Positions 40,736 to 51,087 are shown, counted from the stretch's first letter. The stretch is DNA of 64,000 nucleotides from an uncultured Spirochaetota bacterium (GCA_963835575.1 CAWIGG010000002.1:288001-352000), one strand, 5' to 3'. A program made the numbers and translations. Notes: generated by a model not told the origin, from the sequence alone.

Positions 40736-41890
40736 TTATCTGGCAATGTATATCTTCATTTGTTCAAGAAGAATCTTTTCTTGAAGATAAACTTTTTGAG
40801 CGCAAATTGAAGCCTTAGTGTACATTTCATTCCTTTTTTCTTTGTTTGCAAATGATTTAATATTAACAGAAATGCGCTGGCATTCCAGAGCGAGATCTTG
40901 CCAGGCTTTAATCGAACTGTCAAGAATAGAAATAATTTTTAATAATTGTTTGTCGCCTGTTTTTTGATAGGCGTTTACCAAAAAATTTTTAAAGAAAATC
41001 CTGAAAGCCCCGCCGTCAGTCTGGTTTTCCTTGATATTTGAATACATAAGAAAAAAGACAACCTGAAGATAGCCGTAAAAACGTACTTTTTTTTCGAATG
41101 AGAATATTTCGTTAGATAGACTTTCGAGGCCCTTTATCCCCTGAGTGTATGAAACACCCTTTAAATCCAGGGAATTGGGATTTTCCATATTCATTATTGA
41201 CTGACGGACAGTATCCTTTACGGCTTTATTCCAATCATAGCGGTAGGAGGGCTCCTTTTTTTGAACCCAGAAATACTCGCGGTTCGGCGCGTAGGCTTTC
41301 AGGGCGGAGCCGCGGGCGCTATTCAGATCAATAAGATTGATGGTTTGAAGACTTCTATACGAAGCATCAGAAACCCAGGCAGTCTGTTTTTCAGTGTCAA
41401 TTCCGAAAAGTGTTATATAGTGCCGTCCGTCTGAGGTAAAAAGCGGGCCGAGGTTGCCGCCGTAGCGGTATGTCAGGTATCGGACATCAACGCGTAAAAT
41501 AACCGGAATTCCCTGCCCAAGCAGTTTTTTTACTTCAGACCAGGATGTTTCCGCATCTTTTGGACTAACTTTATTCAATTGAATTTGAGCTCCATTACAG
41601 AATGTCTCTTTCATCAAAGGGCTGGAGCAGTCAAGGATGGGAAATTCACCATGCTGAAGGCTGTAGCCGATCCCTCCTCCGCCCATAATATTGGTTTCAT
41701 TAAAAGAATAACCAAGATAGTCCAGAGTATTTAAAAGAGCCGAACTTTCGCTGTTTATACACGGTATGATAGCGGTATTTTTTAATAAATAATTCTCGGC
41801 AATTATTTTCCCGTTTTCAATCTTCAACCATGGCTCTCCGCAGCCGAATAATGTTAATAATGTTAAGATGATGAAAATTGACCGCATCAT
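40736..41890 (-). CDS. BtrH_N / DUF4872 (C39-peptidase-like) lipoprotein
   Basis: LFGC lipobox; ESSALLN.L.Y.G, GIPVILRVD..YL.Y, HYITLFGID, ARGS, TDGGAFR. Confidence 0.75.
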   Translation of the reverse strand: MMRSIFIILTLLTLFGCGEPWLKIENGKIIAENYLLKNTAIIPCINSESSALLNTLDYLGYSFNETNIMGGGGIGYSLQHGEFPILDCSSPLMKETFCNGAQIQLNKVSPKDAETSWSEVKKLLGQGIPVILRVDVRYLTYRYGGNLGPLFTSDGRHYITLFGIDTEKQTAWVSDASYRSLQTINLIDLNSARGSALKAYAPNREYFWVQKKEPSYRYDWNKAVKDTVRQSIMNMENPNSLDLKGVSYTQGIKGLESLSNEIFSFEKKVRFYGYLQVVFFLMYSNIKENQTDGGAFRIFFKNFLVNAYQKTGDKQLLKIISILDSSIKAWQDLALECQRISVNIKSFANKEKRNEMYTKASICAQKVYLQEKILLEQMKIYIAR

Positions 41891-41955
41891 AATAAATCCT
41901 CCGGTTAATAAGAGTTGATCCCAATATTGAGTATTTTAAATGAATCTGAATGTTT

Positions 41956-42609
41956 TCAGGAAATTTGAGCGCACCAGGCCGCCGCATTTCCGATGACCGT
42001 CTGAAAAACGGGATTTTCCGTCTGTTCTTTTCCATGGCCTAATGCTGTATAAAAGACCCTGCCCAGGCCGTAAGGCTTAACCCATGCGACTGGTCTTTCA
42101 AACCCCGCGTATTCACAGGCTATGAGTGTTTCAAACGGCGGATATGTTTCCAGTAAATAGAGCTCGTCAATCATTTCAAAATCATTTAAGCCTGATGTTA
42201 CTGGATGGGTCGGATTTTTGATTTTAAAGGTATAGATTTCTCCCATCGGAGGATGTGTTAAAAATTTTCCTCCCAGCATTCTGAGATAATCAGGATGTTC
42301 CAGAAAGCTGCAGGAGGCGCCATGAACCCCTATAAAACCCTTAGGCTTCCCGGTATCACCCCATGGATTACCGGTAACAGAGTCAATCAGCCCTTTAGCC
42401 TGCTCATTGGTCAGCGAGGCGTTTAAAGTACAGCACAGAATAATGTCGAAATCACGGATATTTTGAGGCAAAAGCATGTTTAAGTCTTCAGACAGCTCAA
42501 CTTCAAATCCTTTATTTGTAAGGAAATTATTGTAGATTGGCCCTAGAATTGAGAAGTTATGGTACCCTTCTTTATCACCGCCGATAATGAGTATTCTTAT
42601 ACGGTTCAT
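41956..42609 (-). CDS. ThuA-like (class I glutamine amidotransferase-like) domain protein
   Basis: GFIGVHGA, MLGGKFLTHP, HPVT, DELY, WVKPYGLGRVFYTALGH. Confidence 0.85.
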   Translation of the reverse strand: MNRIRILIIGGDKEGYHNFSILGPIYNNFLTNKGFEVELSEDLNMLLPQNIRDFDIILCCTLNASLTNEQAKGLIDSVTGNPWGDTGKPKGFIGVHGASCSFLEHPDYLRMLGGKFLTHPPMGEIYTFKIKNPTHPVTSGLNDFEMIDELYLLETYPPFETLIACEYAGFERPVAWVKPYGLGRVFYTALGHGKEQTENPVFQTVIGNAAAWCAQIS

Positions 42610-42619
42610 TACTATACCT

Positions 42620-43339
42620 TTACCAGTTTAAAGGATTTCCCTTGTGATCTATGTATATAGGGTCATCCAGTTTCCATTGCTTTTGAATTTGGCTTATGAT
42701 ATCTTTTGCGGAATCCTCCGGGGATAATTTCGCATCTGCTCCGCCCATATTGGTTTTCATCCATCCCGGATCAATGGCCAGCACTTTTATTGAGAATTCC
42801 TTCAATCTATTCTGAAGGATTTTTGACTGCATATTGAGCGCCGTTTTGGACATGCAATATCCGAATTCGTCCTTCCGGAAAGAATCGGCGATGCTTCCAG
42901 CTTCTGAAGAAATATTGATAATTAACTTTTTATTCCCTTTTTTTAGAAAATGAAGGAAGTTCTTGATAATTAATAAAGGCCCATAGGTATTGACTGCTAT
43001 ATTTTTATTGATGATATTTAAGTCAATGTTAGCAAGATCGGGAACCGGCTGCCATTCATGCGCTGAAGGCTCAGGATGAATACCAGCGTTATTTATTATA
43101 ATATCTATTCTATCAAATTTATTTTTGAAAGCCCGGAAAGCATTTAAAATGGACTTTTCATTGGAAACATCGGCTATAAACTGAAATGCCCTGCCATAAT
43201 ATTTCTTTATTAAATCATTAAATTCAGTACTTTTTGATTTATTTAAGGCAATGACTGTTTCGCCTTTTTCCAAGTAGAAGCGGGCAAGCCAGAATCCAAG
43301 CCCTCTGCTGGCGCCGGTAATCAATATAACATCAGGCAT
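42620..43339 (-). CDS. Short-chain dehydrogenase/reductase (C-factor-like)
   Basis: TGASRGLG, NNAG, ISSEAGS, YCMSK, PGWMKTNMGG. Confidence 0.9.
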   Translation of the reverse strand: MPDVILITGASRGLGFWLARFYLEKGETVIALNKSKSTEFNDLIKKYYGRAFQFIADVSNEKSILNAFRAFKNKFDRIDIIINNAGIHPEPSAHEWQPVPDLANIDLNIINKNIAVNTYGPLLIIKNFLHFLKKGNKKLIINISSEAGSIADSFRKDEFGYCMSKTALNMQSKILQNRLKEFSIKVLAIDPGWMKTNMGGADAKLSPEDSAKDIISQIQKQWKLDDPIYIDHKGNPLNW

Positions 43340-43433
43340 TACAAGCCCCCTGCTTAAATTAATTTGACTTTAATTCTATGATTGTTTGAAAATGATGTCA
43401 AATTAAAGCGGCAATCGAAAGTTTAGAACATTA

Positions 43434-45119
43434 TCAATATTCAAAAGCTGTCCATTCACCCGGATTTAACTGCAACGGATATTTCCGGATTCCATCAATT
43501 TCATAACCTTTTAAAGGCGTATCATTTATAATATTTTTTATCGTTCCGCTGCTTCCCGGTAATACAATCTGTATTTCTGCAGGGTGATTCAATTCAGAGT
43601 ATATAACCACGGTATTATTATCATATTGGAACAGACAGACGCCCGGTTCGGTTTCCAGCCAGACCGAATCATGATTTAATTCTTTCCTTATAACATTCCA
43701 TATTTCTTTAGGAATAAGATAGAGATCGGAATAATGGTCCGGCATATTCCATATCAGTAATTCACCATCTCCAAAAATTTGTTTTAAAAGCAATGCGCCT
43801 GTATTTTCGCCGCTGCCTCCTGCTATGACCGGCCAGATATCATTTGTCGCCCATTCAATAAATGGAAAAAGAATCGGCTGACTGCCGGTACAGTATTTCA
43901 TATATGAACAATGATGAGTGTATGCTTCAAACCGGTTCACTGAAATTTTACGGTCGTCGATCCAGAGAGAAGCCAATTTTTTTCTCTCTAAAGGATGAAT
44001 GGTTTTCCAGAACCCTGATGTTAGAATAACCCGGGAACCATTGGACAGGCTTTTTAAAATATTTTCTATAATCAGGGGATCATCCGCAGCCGATTGTGTG
44101 AGCAAAATATTCCTGGCTTCCGCCGGATATTCCGGATAAGGCTCCAGGGGAATGGAACACATTCCCAGATAATTATGCAGATAATCCTCGCCTCTGGAAT
44201 GAAATGGTTTATAGCATGCTAAACCGTTTGGATTTCCAAGTCTGCCGAGCAGAGGGTCAATTTTTTCAAGTATATGGCCGATGATTGGGACGTATACTGT
44301 GTCTTTGATCAGGTGATAACAAAAAAGCGTTATTTCTTTTGCTTTTGCTAGAAGAGTAAAAACACCCTGCGCACTGTATTGATTCGGATTATAACAGTCA
44401 AAAGTATCAAACCAGCCGCCGTTATTTTTTCCTTTGCCGGTATTATCAAGATAGCGCATCAGAAAATAGCTGAGATAACGGGGAAGATTCTGAAATGTCA
44501 TAGCCGCATCGCGCGTTTCCGTCCCTGTATAGACGGCATCGAAAATACCCGGTTCATCTTTTAAATTATAACCGGTAAATTGATAATGCTCATACCAGTT
44601 CGGGAATTTTATGACCATGGACACTTTTGGATTCTCTTCTTTTGCGGCTTTTATGACAATGTTTCTGGAAACATCAGCCAGAAGCCTTGTCCGGAACTCA
44701 TCCCAGGAAAGATCGCCTTTTGCTTTAACGCAGGAGGGGCAGCGGCAGTCTGTAAAATAGAAATCATCCAGAATGACTTCATCGAAGTGCCTGGCGGTTA
44801 ATTTTACAACTTTTTCAAGTTTTTCAAGATCTTTTTTAGAAGTGTAACAGAATAAATTCCAGCGCTTCTTTCCCGCGCTGCCTGAAGTTGTAATTCCTCC
44901 GGATACTGTAATATTGCGGCTTAAAAAGAATTTTTTTAATTTATTAAGATTGTCTTCTTTAACATATATATCTGAGCGGAATGCTTCAAGATAAACTTTA
45001 TTAACCTGCAGATGTTTTTCAAAAAACTCCCATCCCCCGGCAATATCATCGCTTTCCGCAAGATGATTTACATCGCCTACAGTAAGGTACACAGCTAATT
45101 TAAAATTCCGGTAAGCCAC
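43434..45119 (-). CDS. Conserved hypothetical protein, putative glycoside-hydrolase-like TIM barrel
   Basis: Soluble; ILDDFYFTDCRCPSC, KFPNWYEHY, YTGTETRD, GGWFD; lies downstream of sugar ABC genes. Confidence 0.55.
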   Translation of the reverse strand: MAYRNFKLAVYLTVGDVNHLAESDDIAGGWEFFEKHLQVNKVYLEAFRSDIYVKEDNLNKLKKFFLSRNITVSGGITTSGSAGKKRWNLFCYTSKKDLEKLEKVVKLTARHFDEVILDDFYFTDCRCPSCVKAKGDLSWDEFRTRLLADVSRNIVIKAAKEENPKVSMVIKFPNWYEHYQFTGYNLKDEPGIFDAVYTGTETRDAAMTFQNLPRYLSYFLMRYLDNTGKGKNNGGWFDTFDCYNPNQYSAQGVFTLLAKAKEITLFCYHLIKDTVYVPIIGHILEKIDPLLGRLGNPNGLACYKPFHSRGEDYLHNYLGMCSIPLEPYPEYPAEARNILLTQSAADDPLIIENILKSLSNGSRVILTSGFWKTIHPLERKKLASLWIDDRKISVNRFEAYTHHCSYMKYCTGSQPILFPFIEWATNDIWPVIAGGSGENTGALLLKQIFGDGELLIWNMPDHYSDLYLIPKEIWNVIRKELNHDSVWLETEPGVCLFQYDNNTVVIYSELNHPAEIQIVLPGSSGTIKNIINDTPLKGYEIDGIRKYPLQLNPGEWTAFEY

Positions 45120-45359
45120 AAACCCTCCTTAAAATCGTTTAAATAAAAAATTAAATAAGATGATAATGAAAGAGGAATGAAAAATCAAAAAATAAAAAAA
45201 TTAGAGCAATATTATTCCTCTTTGATGGTAACAAAGACCGATTGATCTTAATTATAAACGGCAGTTTATTTATTGAAAATATTATTAATAAAATTAATTG
45301 AAATTAAAAGCCGGCAACGATTTACAATACGCTATAGAAATACTTTTTCAATAAAGGAA

Positions 45360-46379
45360 TTATTTCTTAACTCCGCCTGAAAGCCCTTCGATAAAAAACC
45401 TCTGGAAAAGCAGGAAGAAAATAATCGGGATCAGCGAGAAAAGAAAACCGGTCGCCATGATTGCGTCATAGGGTTTATTATAATTAACGCTGTCCATAAG
45501 CTTTAAGGTTACCGGAATGGTGAATAAATTTTCATCCCGAAGCAGAATCATCGGGAACATAAAGTCATTCCAGATGGCCTGGAATTGAAAGATGGAAAGA
45601 GCGGCCAGGGCCGGCATGGAAAGAGGCAGAATAATATTCCACCAGATCTTAATATGACTCGCCCCGTCAATACGCGCGGATTCAATAAGGGAATAGGGAA
45701 GTTTTATATAAAATTGCCTCAGTAGGAATACTCCGTAGGCGGAAATACCGGCGGGTAAAATAAGACACAGTAAATTATTGGATAAGTGAAGCAGATTCAT
45801 CAGTTTATAATAAGCGGGTATCATGGTGGTGCCGGGAAGCATCATGGTTGCCATGGCAAAAAGGAACCAGAAACCCTTCATGGGAAACTTCAGGTAGGCA
45901 AAAGCATACGCGCATAGAGATGTGATCAGCAGTGTAAATAAAACCCCTCCGACGGTGACAATAAACGACATTAATAAAGAAGTACCTATATGCCATGTGG
46001 TAAAAGCCTTGATATAGTTATCAAATGAATAGCTCTTGAAAGAAGGAAACGTCAGATGCGTATTCTCTTTTACAAATTGGTCCACCGCTTCTTTAGGCGG
46101 TTCGGCATCATTGTGGCTAAGCTTATATTTATCAGTGAAGTCTACCTTATCTTTTTCAGAAGGAGCGGCGACAAACTGGAGGAATTTCGGCGGCAGATTA
46201 AACATTTCAATCATGGGACGGAACGATCCGTCCATCATCCATACAAGAGGGTAGAGAAATAACAGCGCCACCAGCGTCAGAAAGATCATCCCGACTATCG
46301 ACCAGGGTGTAACGTGAGCGCGCTTTCTTGCTCCCAATTTTAATAATTTTTTATCAACTTTCGTACTGGTACCATTCAT
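45360..46379 (-). CDS. Carbohydrate ABC transporter permease (MalG-type)
   Basis: FLLRQF, ESARIDGA, WNDFMFP, LLFQRFFIEGL. Confidence 0.92.
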   Translation of the reverse strand: MNGTSTKVDKKLLKLGARKRAHVTPWSIVGMIFLTLVALLFLYPLVWMMDGSFRPMIEMFNLPPKFLQFVAAPSEKDKVDFTDKYKLSHNDAEPPKEAVDQFVKENTHLTFPSFKSYSFDNYIKAFTTWHIGTSLLMSFIVTVGGVLFTLLITSLCAYAFAYLKFPMKGFWFLFAMATMMLPGTTMIPAYYKLMNLLHLSNNLLCLILPAGISAYGVFLLRQFYIKLPYSLIESARIDGASHIKIWWNIILPLSMPALAALSIFQFQAIWNDFMFPMILLRDENLFTIPVTLKLMDSVNYNKPYDAIMATGFLFSLIPIIFFLLFQRFFIEGLSGGVKK

Positions 46380-46415
46380 TAGGATCCTCCAAATTTATCA
46401 GTGATTAAATAAAAG

Positions 46416-47372
46416 CTATTCTTCGTCGTGGCTTGAACCAAGCCCAATAGCTCTTATCTGAAACAGGCTGAACATGAAAATGATGATAAACGTCATCCAT
46501 CCGGCCGATGAAGCATAGCCCAATCTCAACTGCTGTGAAAATGCTCGGTCATAAATAAAAGCCACCATCGTTCTGAAACCGCCCGGACCATATGTACCGG
46601 CCTGGAAAATCATGAACAGATAGTTAAACATCAATAATCCGCCGACTACCGATGTCACCATAACAAATGCAAAAGCCGGGCGCATCAGAGGCAGGGTAAT
46701 CCTTGTGACAATCTGTACGGGAGTCGCGCCGTCAATTCTTGCGGCCTCATATAAGTTCGGATCGATTGTCTGGAGCTGGGAAACGAAATAAACCATATGA
46801 AAGCCTGTCCACTGCCAGAAAGAGACGAGGACAAGAAGAGGGATTGTATATGAAGAATCTGCAAGCCAGTCTATCCGTCCCTGAATGCCGACCATAGCTA
46901 AAAACCAATTGATGATGCCCTGATCCGGGTTAAAAAGCTGGCGAAAAATCCAGGCGGCGATAATGGTATTGACAAGGACCGGCACAAAAAACGCGGCCCT
47001 TAAAACGCTCTGAAATTTTTTAAACGGGAGGCTGTTGAGAATAAACGCGAGTATGAACGCGACAGGGACCTGGGTAACTAAACAGCCGATCTCGTAGTAA
47101 AATGTGTTTCTGACAGCCTTCCAGAATTCAATATCCTGAATAAGATCCGTATAATTTTTTAATCCGATGTAGACGCCGGGATTGATACCCTGGGCATCCG
47201 TCATTGACATATAAAAACCCGAAATAAAGACATATATCTGAAATATGAACACTCCGAGCAGAAAGGGCAGCATAAAGGAATAACCGCTGACATTTTCCTG
47301 GAACTTGCCGGAATGATAAAACCTTTCTTTAAAAATTGTTTTCTTTTTAGTTATTGCAGCAGCTTTGGGCAT
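46416..47372 (-). CDS. Carbohydrate ABC transporter permease (MalF-type)
   Basis: IGLKNY, WQWTGF, LYEAARIDGA, LGYASS. Confidence 0.92.
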   Translation of the reverse strand: MPKAAAITKKKTIFKERFYHSGKFQENVSGYSFMLPFLLGVFIFQIYVFISGFYMSMTDAQGINPGVYIGLKNYTDLIQDIEFWKAVRNTFYYEIGCLVTQVPVAFILAFILNSLPFKKFQSVLRAAFFVPVLVNTIIAAWIFRQLFNPDQGIINWFLAMVGIQGRIDWLADSSYTIPLLVLVSFWQWTGFHMVYFVSQLQTIDPNLYEAARIDGATPVQIVTRITLPLMRPAFAFVMVTSVVGGLLMFNYLFMIFQAGTYGPGGFRTMVAFIYDRAFSQQLRLGYASSAGWMTFIIIFMFSLFQIRAIGLGSSHDEE

Positions 47373-47395
47373 CGAATTCTCCTTATTTAATATCT

Positions 47396-47429
47396 AAAAA
47401 GTGGAAGGCGGTATTAGCGCCTTCCACTT
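47396..47429 (-). terminator. Intercistronic hairpin/terminator after the SBP gene
   Basis: AAGTGGAAGGCG/CGCCTTCCACTT stem followed by a T-run on the minus strand. Confidence 0.65.
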
Positions 47430-47455
47430 CTTTAATAAAAATTTCTTTTTTCGGC

Positions 47456-48721
47456 TTATTTAACGAGCTTTAAAGCCATATCCTGCATTTTCTTGCAGCC
47501 GTCTTCAACAGAAATTTTTCCAGTGATGATATCGGGCCAAACAACATCGATAACATTCTTATTTACATCCCAGAAAATATCGCCGTTATTAACGGAAGGC
47601 ATAACTTTTGCCATGGAAATCTGGAGCTGACCAAGCTTTTCGCCGCCGAAGCGTGCATCAGCCTGAGCGAAGGTAGGATCAGTCCAAACAGCTGACAAAG
47701 GAGGAATCATGCCGGTAACCGGCCAGCGAACTTTAAGAATAGCATCTTTGTCATACTGCATATATTCCATAACGGATTCAATGAAAGCAGGATCAGCGGT
47801 TCCTTTCGGAATACCAAGGAATGAGCCGCCCCATGAACAGGTTAGCGGACCGCCTGCTTTGTAAGCAGGAAGAGCGCGAGCTTTCATTTTGAACACTTTG
47901 GAAGCGTCGTTAGCCTGGGAAACCCACCAGTCAGGTGAAGGATAAGAGCAGAGAGTACCTGCCTTTAATAAAGCGGCGAAGTTACCCCAATCCCACATTG
48001 TGAATACGCCTGAATCGTACCAGCCTTTGAATTTCTTGACGAAAGCAACGAATTCTTTTGAATCGAGAGTCGGTTTGCCGTTCTTATCAAGAATGTTGGC
48101 GCCGGTCTGCTGCCAGATCATGAACATGGTGTTTTCGAGACCGCCGTTATCAAAAGGAAGAGCGTAGTGAACGGGTTTGCCGTCTTTCTGTTCTTTTGCA
48201 AGCTTTTTAGCTCCGGCAAAGAATTCATCCCAAGTTTTGATTTTGGCCATATTAACACCGGCTTTTGACCAAAGAGTGTCATTATAGATCAAAACTACAG
48301 GGTGTGTGTCATGAGGAAGACCATAAAGATTTCCTCCCATTGTTTCCCAATCAACACGGCTCTTTACCACCTGCTTGATAACCTCTGTCTTCTTTGTGAA
48401 AGGATCAAGAGGGATAACAAGAGATTTTGCAGGATCTGCACTTAGAATGCGGGGATTTTCCCACATCCATTCGATAATGTCCGGAACGCCTTTACCGTCA
48501 AGCATAGCGGCCTGGAGCTTCTGAACGAAAGCGTCCTGAGCTACAAGCTGGACATTCAATGTGATACCGAATTTCTTTTCGATATCAGCCTGTCTGTTTG
48601 TCCATTCGTCTCTGTTATTAGCAGCAAAAGTCCACATGGTTACTGCTCTAGGAGCAGCGAATAAACCCTGGACACATGCAACGAGTAGAACTACTACTAA
48701 AAGGGCTGAAAACTTACGCAT
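47456..48721 (-). CDS. Carbohydrate ABC transporter substrate-binding protein
   Basis: Signal peptide ending LFA; MWTF, PDII, YGLP, YN..LW.KAG, TWDEF, WGGSFLGIP. Confidence 0.9.
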   Translation of the reverse strand: MRKFSALLVVVLLVACVQGLFAAPRAVTMWTFAANNRDEWTNRQADIEKKFGITLNVQLVAQDAFVQKLQAAMLDGKGVPDIIEWMWENPRILSADPAKSLVIPLDPFTKKTEVIKQVVKSRVDWETMGGNLYGLPHDTHPVVLIYNDTLWSKAGVNMAKIKTWDEFFAGAKKLAKEQKDGKPVHYALPFDNGGLENTMFMIWQQTGANILDKNGKPTLDSKEFVAFVKKFKGWYDSGVFTMWDWGNFAALLKAGTLCSYPSPDWWVSQANDASKVFKMKARALPAYKAGGPLTCSWGGSFLGIPKGTADPAFIESVMEYMQYDKDAILKVRWPVTGMIPPLSAVWTDPTFAQADARFGGEKLGQLQISMAKVMPSVNNGDIFWDVNKNVIDVVWPDIITGKISVEDGCKKMQDMALKLVK

Positions 48722-49079
48722 ATCATCCTCCTATAAAAATTTTTTACCTTTATTTATTATCAGAAAAATAATAAGCTTATTGTTTATAATAAAACAAACT
48801 GAAGAATAACCAAAATCCTAACAACTTAACAATACTTGTATTTACTATTCAATTATAATAAAAGATTCGAATTGCTCAAAGCGAATTGTATTATAATTAT
48901 ATTTTTTGTTTCTGTCAATATCATCCGCATTAAAATATTTAAAAAAATTCCTAATTTAACTTGAAAATTGATATTAATAAGAGAGATATAGGTAAACCTG
49001 TGTCTTAATGATTATTTTGAAAAAACAGGGTATTTCTGCTATAATTTTATAATTAAATGAGTTTGAAAGGTGCCGGCTT

Positions 49080-50669
49080 ATGAATTCTTTATATTTCATT
49101 TCATATATTTTATCATTTTTTACCCACAGCTATTTTGGCGTTCTCATTTTAATTATGATTATTTATCTTATCGCGGACAGAATTTTTCTCGGATTCATCA
49201 CGGATGGAATAATAAAGATAATTTTACAATCTAAAAGGATAAAGATACTGAAAAAAGAACTCGTACTCAATCCGGATAATTATGCCGATCTGATGGAATT
49301 AGGAACTATATATTATCAAAAAAAGAATTATAAAGCTGCTTTAGAAAATCTGTTAAAGGCAAAACGTAAAATTGATGATTCTGCGGAACTTTATCTGTAC
49401 ATAGGGATTTCTTATATTGAATTGAAGCAATTAGATGATGGGTATAAATACTTAATGAAAGCCGTTGGATTGAATAAGAAGGCAGGATATGGTCTTCCTT
49501 ATCTCTATCTTATAAAGTATGAATTAAGCAGCGGTATTATAAAAGAGGAGAAATTAAAGAAACTTGAAGAAGAAATGGCGAATTTTTCAAATACAGAAAA
49601 TTCATATCGCCTGGGGGTATTATTTAGAAGCAAGGGTTATAAAGGAAAAGCGAAAGAAATGTTTAAAAACGCCCTGTCAGAGTATTCATTCTGCCAGAGA
49701 AAATTGAAAAGACTTCACCGGAAATGGGCGTTTCTGGCAGGGATAACTAAATCGCCTGTCTTATCTGCTTTAATTGCCGGAGGAATTACGGCCGTACTGG
49801 CTGTTTTAATAACCTTTTTTATCCAGGCAAACGAAAAAAAGCCTATTGATTTTAATAATTTTAATCCTGATACTTTAGTAAACATCTCTTTAAGCATTAA
49901 CGCTGTTGATGATATACTGAACGCCTATAATACTTATATTGCCGTTACTCGTGATAGGAATCTTTTTTCTGAGGCTACCATTGCAGAAGCCGCTGCTGAA
50001 ATTTCAGGCTTCGGCGCGTATAAATCAAAAGAGGAATTATTAAAAAATCTACCGGAATTAAATAATCAGTTAAAACTCGGCAATATTTTCATTCAAAAAG
50101 GTAAAATGTTAAAACAGGAATTCATGAAACCGGAAATTTTGATAGAGCCGGATCGGGGCAGAATTGTGATCCTGAGCGGCGGATTTTATCTTCGGGATTT
50201 TATCAGGAACGGATTTACCGAATACCTTCAGGGAATCAATCATGCCCGTATTAGATTCGTTTTACGTTTTGAGCAGGGTGATTACAGCAGGGCGCCTGAT
50301 TTAAAAAAGAGAGGTTTTTCCTTTTCAGGCAGGATATCAGATGGAAGGCTTATTATAGAGAAAATAGGGGGAGATTTATCTCCCCGGAGTCAATTAGACC
50401 TCATTCTGAAAGGCGCAGAAGCCATTAATCAATTTACGGCGATTAAAAGTTTTCCATTTAGTTATACCTTTAAATCTGAAAGTGAAGAAAAATATTTTAT
50501 TCTTTTATATTCTGCGGTAACGCCCTATACAGTAACCGGTTCCGGAGAGAAAGATATTATATTGGAAGAAAGTATGAACAGAATTATCATTAATAATCCT
50601 GATCGCATGGATATTCTAGGGAGATTAATCGCGTATCTGCGCTATGGAATGGATTTTAGATTTAATTAA
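49080..50669 (+). CDS. Membrane-anchored TPR protein with an unknown C-terminal domain
   Basis: N-terminal TM, TPR-like helices (ELGTIYY..KNYKAALENL), internal TM near residue 230. Confidence 0.6.
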   Translation: MNSLYFISYILSFFTHSYFGVLILIMIIYLIADRIFLGFITDGIIKIILQSKRIKILKKELVLNPDNYADLMELGTIYYQKKNYKAALENLLKAKRKIDDSAELYLYIGISYIELKQLDDGYKYLMKAVGLNKKAGYGLPYLYLIKYELSSGIIKEEKLKKLEEEMANFSNTENSYRLGVLFRSKGYKGKAKEMFKNALSEYSFCQRKLKRLHRKWAFLAGITKSPVLSALIAGGITAVLAVLITFFIQANEKKPIDFNNFNPDTLVNISLSINAVDDILNAYNTYIAVTRDRNLFSEATIAEAAAEISGFGAYKSKEELLKNLPELNNQLKLGNIFIQKGKMLKQEFMKPEILIEPDRGRIVILSGGFYLRDFIRNGFTEYLQGINHARIRFVLRFEQGDYSRAPDLKKRGFSFSGRISDGRLIIEKIGGDLSPRSQLDLILKGAEAINQFTAIKSFPFSYTFKSESEEKYFILLYSAVTPYTVTGSGEKDIILEESMNRIIINNPDRMDILGRLIAYLRYGMDFRFN

Positions 50670-50690
50670 AAAAAATGTTTCGTTTTTCTC

Positions 50691-50732
50691 TTGACATTAT
50701 TTTAAATATTTATTATTCTATAATTATGGAAC
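50691..50732 (+). promoter_or_regulatory. Putative promoter (probably leaderless) and operator of the ArsR operon
   Basis: TTGACA-17 nt-TATTCT, ATG 6 nt later, no SD; TTCTATAATTATGGAAC resembles TTCGATAGTTAGGAAAT at 51032-51048 (12/17). Confidence 0.55.
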
Positions 50733-51013
50733 AATCGAATCTACCTAAAATTTTCAAGGCTTTATCGAATGAGCAGCGTTTGAAAATATTTTTAATGCTG
50801 TATAAGCTTGGAAAAACTGACACATGCTGTGTACCTGTGGAAAAAGGCTTTACCAAGGCATGTTGTCAGATTCATGTTTCCCGGTCAACGATCTCGCATC
50901 ATTTTAAAGAACTGGAAAACGCCGGGTTGATCATCTGTGAAAGAATGGGGCAGTCCATTTCCTGCAAAGTGAATGAAGAGGCTCTTGAGCTGATCAAGGA
51001 TTTTCTGATTTGA
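50726..51013 (+). CDS. ArsR/SmtB family transcriptional regulator
   Basis: FKALSNEQRLKI, SRSTISHHFKELENAGLI; two CC pairs. Confidence 0.9.
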   Translation: MEQSNLPKIFKALSNEQRLKIFLMLYKLGKTDTCCVPVEKGFTKACCQIHVSRSTISHHFKELENAGLIICERMGQSISCKVNEEALELIKDFLI

Positions 51014-51087
51014 TTTTTTTTGCTATAAGAGTTCGATAGTTAGGAAATAGTGCAATAGTGCAACTGTCAAATTGGTATGGAGGATTT

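Noticed and set aside
40475..40810. 111-aa plus-strand ORF
   Set aside because: Antisense to the cellulase remnant and the BtrH-like gene end; no motifs
24528..48880. TTWGAGCAA 9-mer upstream of three carbohydrate genes (24528, 45201, 48872)
   Set aside because: Short, inconsistent orientation, AT-rich context; cannot be separated from chance without a genome-wide test
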